From an uncultured Lachnospiraceae bacterium (GTDB lineage Bacteria; Bacillota; Clostridia; Lachnospirales; Vallitaleaceae): a stretch of DNA of 64,000 bases. The DNA lies in assembly GCA_963550755.1 (NCBI GenBank), contig CAUVDV010000001.1, positions 2,721 through 66,720 on the forward strand, in the 5' to 3' direction. A program made the translations under genes and the position numbers. Under the pieces are notes generated by a model, which saw only the letters and a program-made list of their open reading frames with translations, did not search any database and was not told the origin of the DNA. Positions 62,460 to 64,000 of this stretch are shown piece by piece (the first letter of the stretch is position 1; each line of letters starts with the position of its first letter).

Positions 62460-62489
62460 ATCATACGCCTTTAATGCGCATTTTGTCAA
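62460..62489 (-). promoter_or_regulatory. hicAB promoter with overlapping palindromic operator
   Basis: Minus strand TTGACA-N18-TATGAT; imperfect palindrome atgcgcattaaaggcgtat lies in the spacer and overlaps the -10. Confidence 0.6.
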
Positions 62490-62654
62490 TAAGTCTCCCG
62501 AAAATCCGCCATGTTACAGTTTAGACAAACACCGGCACTTCATTTCGATGAAGTATCGGTGTTTGCGTTAAGCAAATAGATAATTCTTGATATGCCGCTT
62601 GAGAGTAAGTCCTCCATGGCATATCAAGTAAATCTGCTTGCCTAAGCCGCAATC

Positions 62655-62698
62655 AAAAAGCCGCTCCCCTTGGATTTCTCTTTAGGGAGCGGCTTTTT
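62655..62698. terminator. terminator downstream of sodA
   Basis: aaaaagccgctccc-loop-gggagcggcttttt. Confidence 0.8.
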
Positions 62699-62820
62699 GG
62701 CCTGCTTTATTCTTTATATTTTTCAATCATTTTCGACTAAGCATGGTTAAAACTAATGCTTTAACCAGCAGCCAAAGCCTGTCTTTTTTGCTCCGGCGGC
62801 CGGCCGTAATCTAATCCTTT

Positions 62821-63456
62821 TTATTTCTGGCAGGCACAGCCGCCGCTTTGCTTTTCCTTGCTCTTTTGATACCTTTCCGCTACCACGTCCCAATTAACTA
62901 CATGCCAAAAGGCTTCCACATAATCCGGACGCCGGTTTTGATACTTCAAATAGTAAGCATGCTCCCATACATCCAGCCCCAGCAGAATCCGGCAGCCGTC
63001 CTGTACCGGCGTATCCTGATTGGCGGTAGAGAGTACCTCCAGTTTCAAATCCTTCATCGTCAGCCACGCCCAGCCTGAACCAAAGCGGGTCTTCGCAGCG
63101 GTATTAAACTTTTCCTTAAACTCAGCAAAAGAACCAAAGGCTTCCTTAATCGCTTCCGCCAGTTCTCCGGTCGGCTCCCCGCCGCCGTTAGGCGACAGGT
63201 TTTCCCAGAATAATTTGTGATTGTAATAGCCGCCACCATTATTAATAACCGCCTGCCGCTTCTCCGCCGGGATCTGATCAATCTCCGCTAAGAGCTTACG
63301 CGGGCAGCTTGGCACGTCTAAGCCCTCAATCGCCGCGTTCAGGTTCGCGGTATAAGTAGCATGGTGCTTTTCATAATGGATCTGCATGGTCATTGCGTCA
63401 ATGTATGGCTCTAACGCATCATAAGCATAGGGTAACTTTGGTAATTCAAACTTCAT
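62821..63456 (-). CDS. sodA: Fe/Mn superoxide dismutase (Mn-type signature)
   Basis: [45 protein letters not shown] and DVWEHAYY. Confidence 0.95.
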   Translation of the reverse strand: MKFELPKLPYAYDALEPYIDAMTMQIHYEKHHATYTANLNAAIEGLDVPSCPRKLLAEIDQIPAEKRQAVINNGGGYYNHKLFWENLSPNGGGEPTGELAEAIKEAFGSFAEFKEKFNTAAKTRFGSGWAWLTMKDLKLEVLSTANQDTPVQDGCRILLGLDVWEHAYYLKYQNRRPDYVEAFWHVVNWDVVAERYQKSKEKQSGGCACQK

Positions 63457-64000
63457 AATAGCCTCCTTGTTTTTTAGTGTTTTCAACTTCTCCCGATCGA
63501 AAGCTTCGGCTTTCCGCGCAGTCAGCGCCACCCCGAAAAGACGGTTCTGATAACCAGAGAAAGTCAAGCTATGAATAAAAATATTTTTCAATTTCCTTAC
63601 TTAATTTTAGTATAGCGCAGGCGGCCAATAATTTCAAGCTATTCCTTTGTTAAACTCACAACAAACGCATAATTTTAACCACAAAAAGGACAAATCCTAT
63701 TTTCTGCAATATTTTTTTGTGCAAAATTGCATTCCGGCGTGTGTTGTTAAACTTTTTCCAATTTATTTTTGCTTAAAAATATCAATTGTCCAGCCGTCCC
63801 CTTATCCCCTTGCCACCTCCGCCCCAAGCTGCTATAATAGCCTTGGCTGTCTTTGCCGGCAGCCAAGCGCGCAGCCGCCAATTTTAATAATCACTGCCTT
63901 GGCCGGCCGCGTATGGCGGGCTTAGCGCCGGCCCAGCCTTTGCTCGAAACACATAATCTTAAAACACGATTTAGTACAAAAACGGCCAATCAAAGCCTTA

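Noticed and set aside
63457..63600. yybP-ykoY (Mn) riboswitch upstream of sodA, and the 45-aa N-terminal ORF extension
   Set aside because: Riboswitch consensus not seen; a strong AAGGAGG RBS supports the start at 63456.

Overview
A 64-kb chromosomal window from a Clostridia-like Firmicute (inferred from SLH proteins, sigH, the cysE-cysS-mrnC-rlmB block and mannose-family PTS). Most genes are on the minus strand. The backbone is housekeeping: 5' part of pyrG, an S41 protease, two SLH surface proteins, a Fur-family regulator, metY, sigH, rlmB, mrnC, cysS, cysE, htrA, malic enzyme, fumC, a FtsX-type ABC exporter, DegV, hicAB and sodA. Two visibly AT-richer catabolic blocks interrupt it. (1) A mannose-family PTS with one SIS-domain enzyme and a PRD regulator (10.8-16.4 kb). 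(2) The standout: a ~19-kb locus (34.3-53.5 kb) with a divergent DeoR regulator, a BMP/nucleoside-type ABC importer, two PfkB proteins with a non-canonical DPTGCGN motif, five divergent SIS-domain paralogues, a tandem two-domain YjbQ plus a His-less single-domain YjbQ, a BtpA/SgcQ protein and two secondary transporters. I know no characterised pathway with this composition, so it is the best candidate for an undescribed system. Intergenic DNA also carries structured repeats (a promoter-associated MITE/REPIN-like element, a 24-bp-direct-repeat-bounded element, ~30-bp tandem arrays) and several candidate operators. No rRNA, tRNA, CRISPR array, transposase or integrase was recognised. All calls come from reading motifs by eye; no database searches were run.
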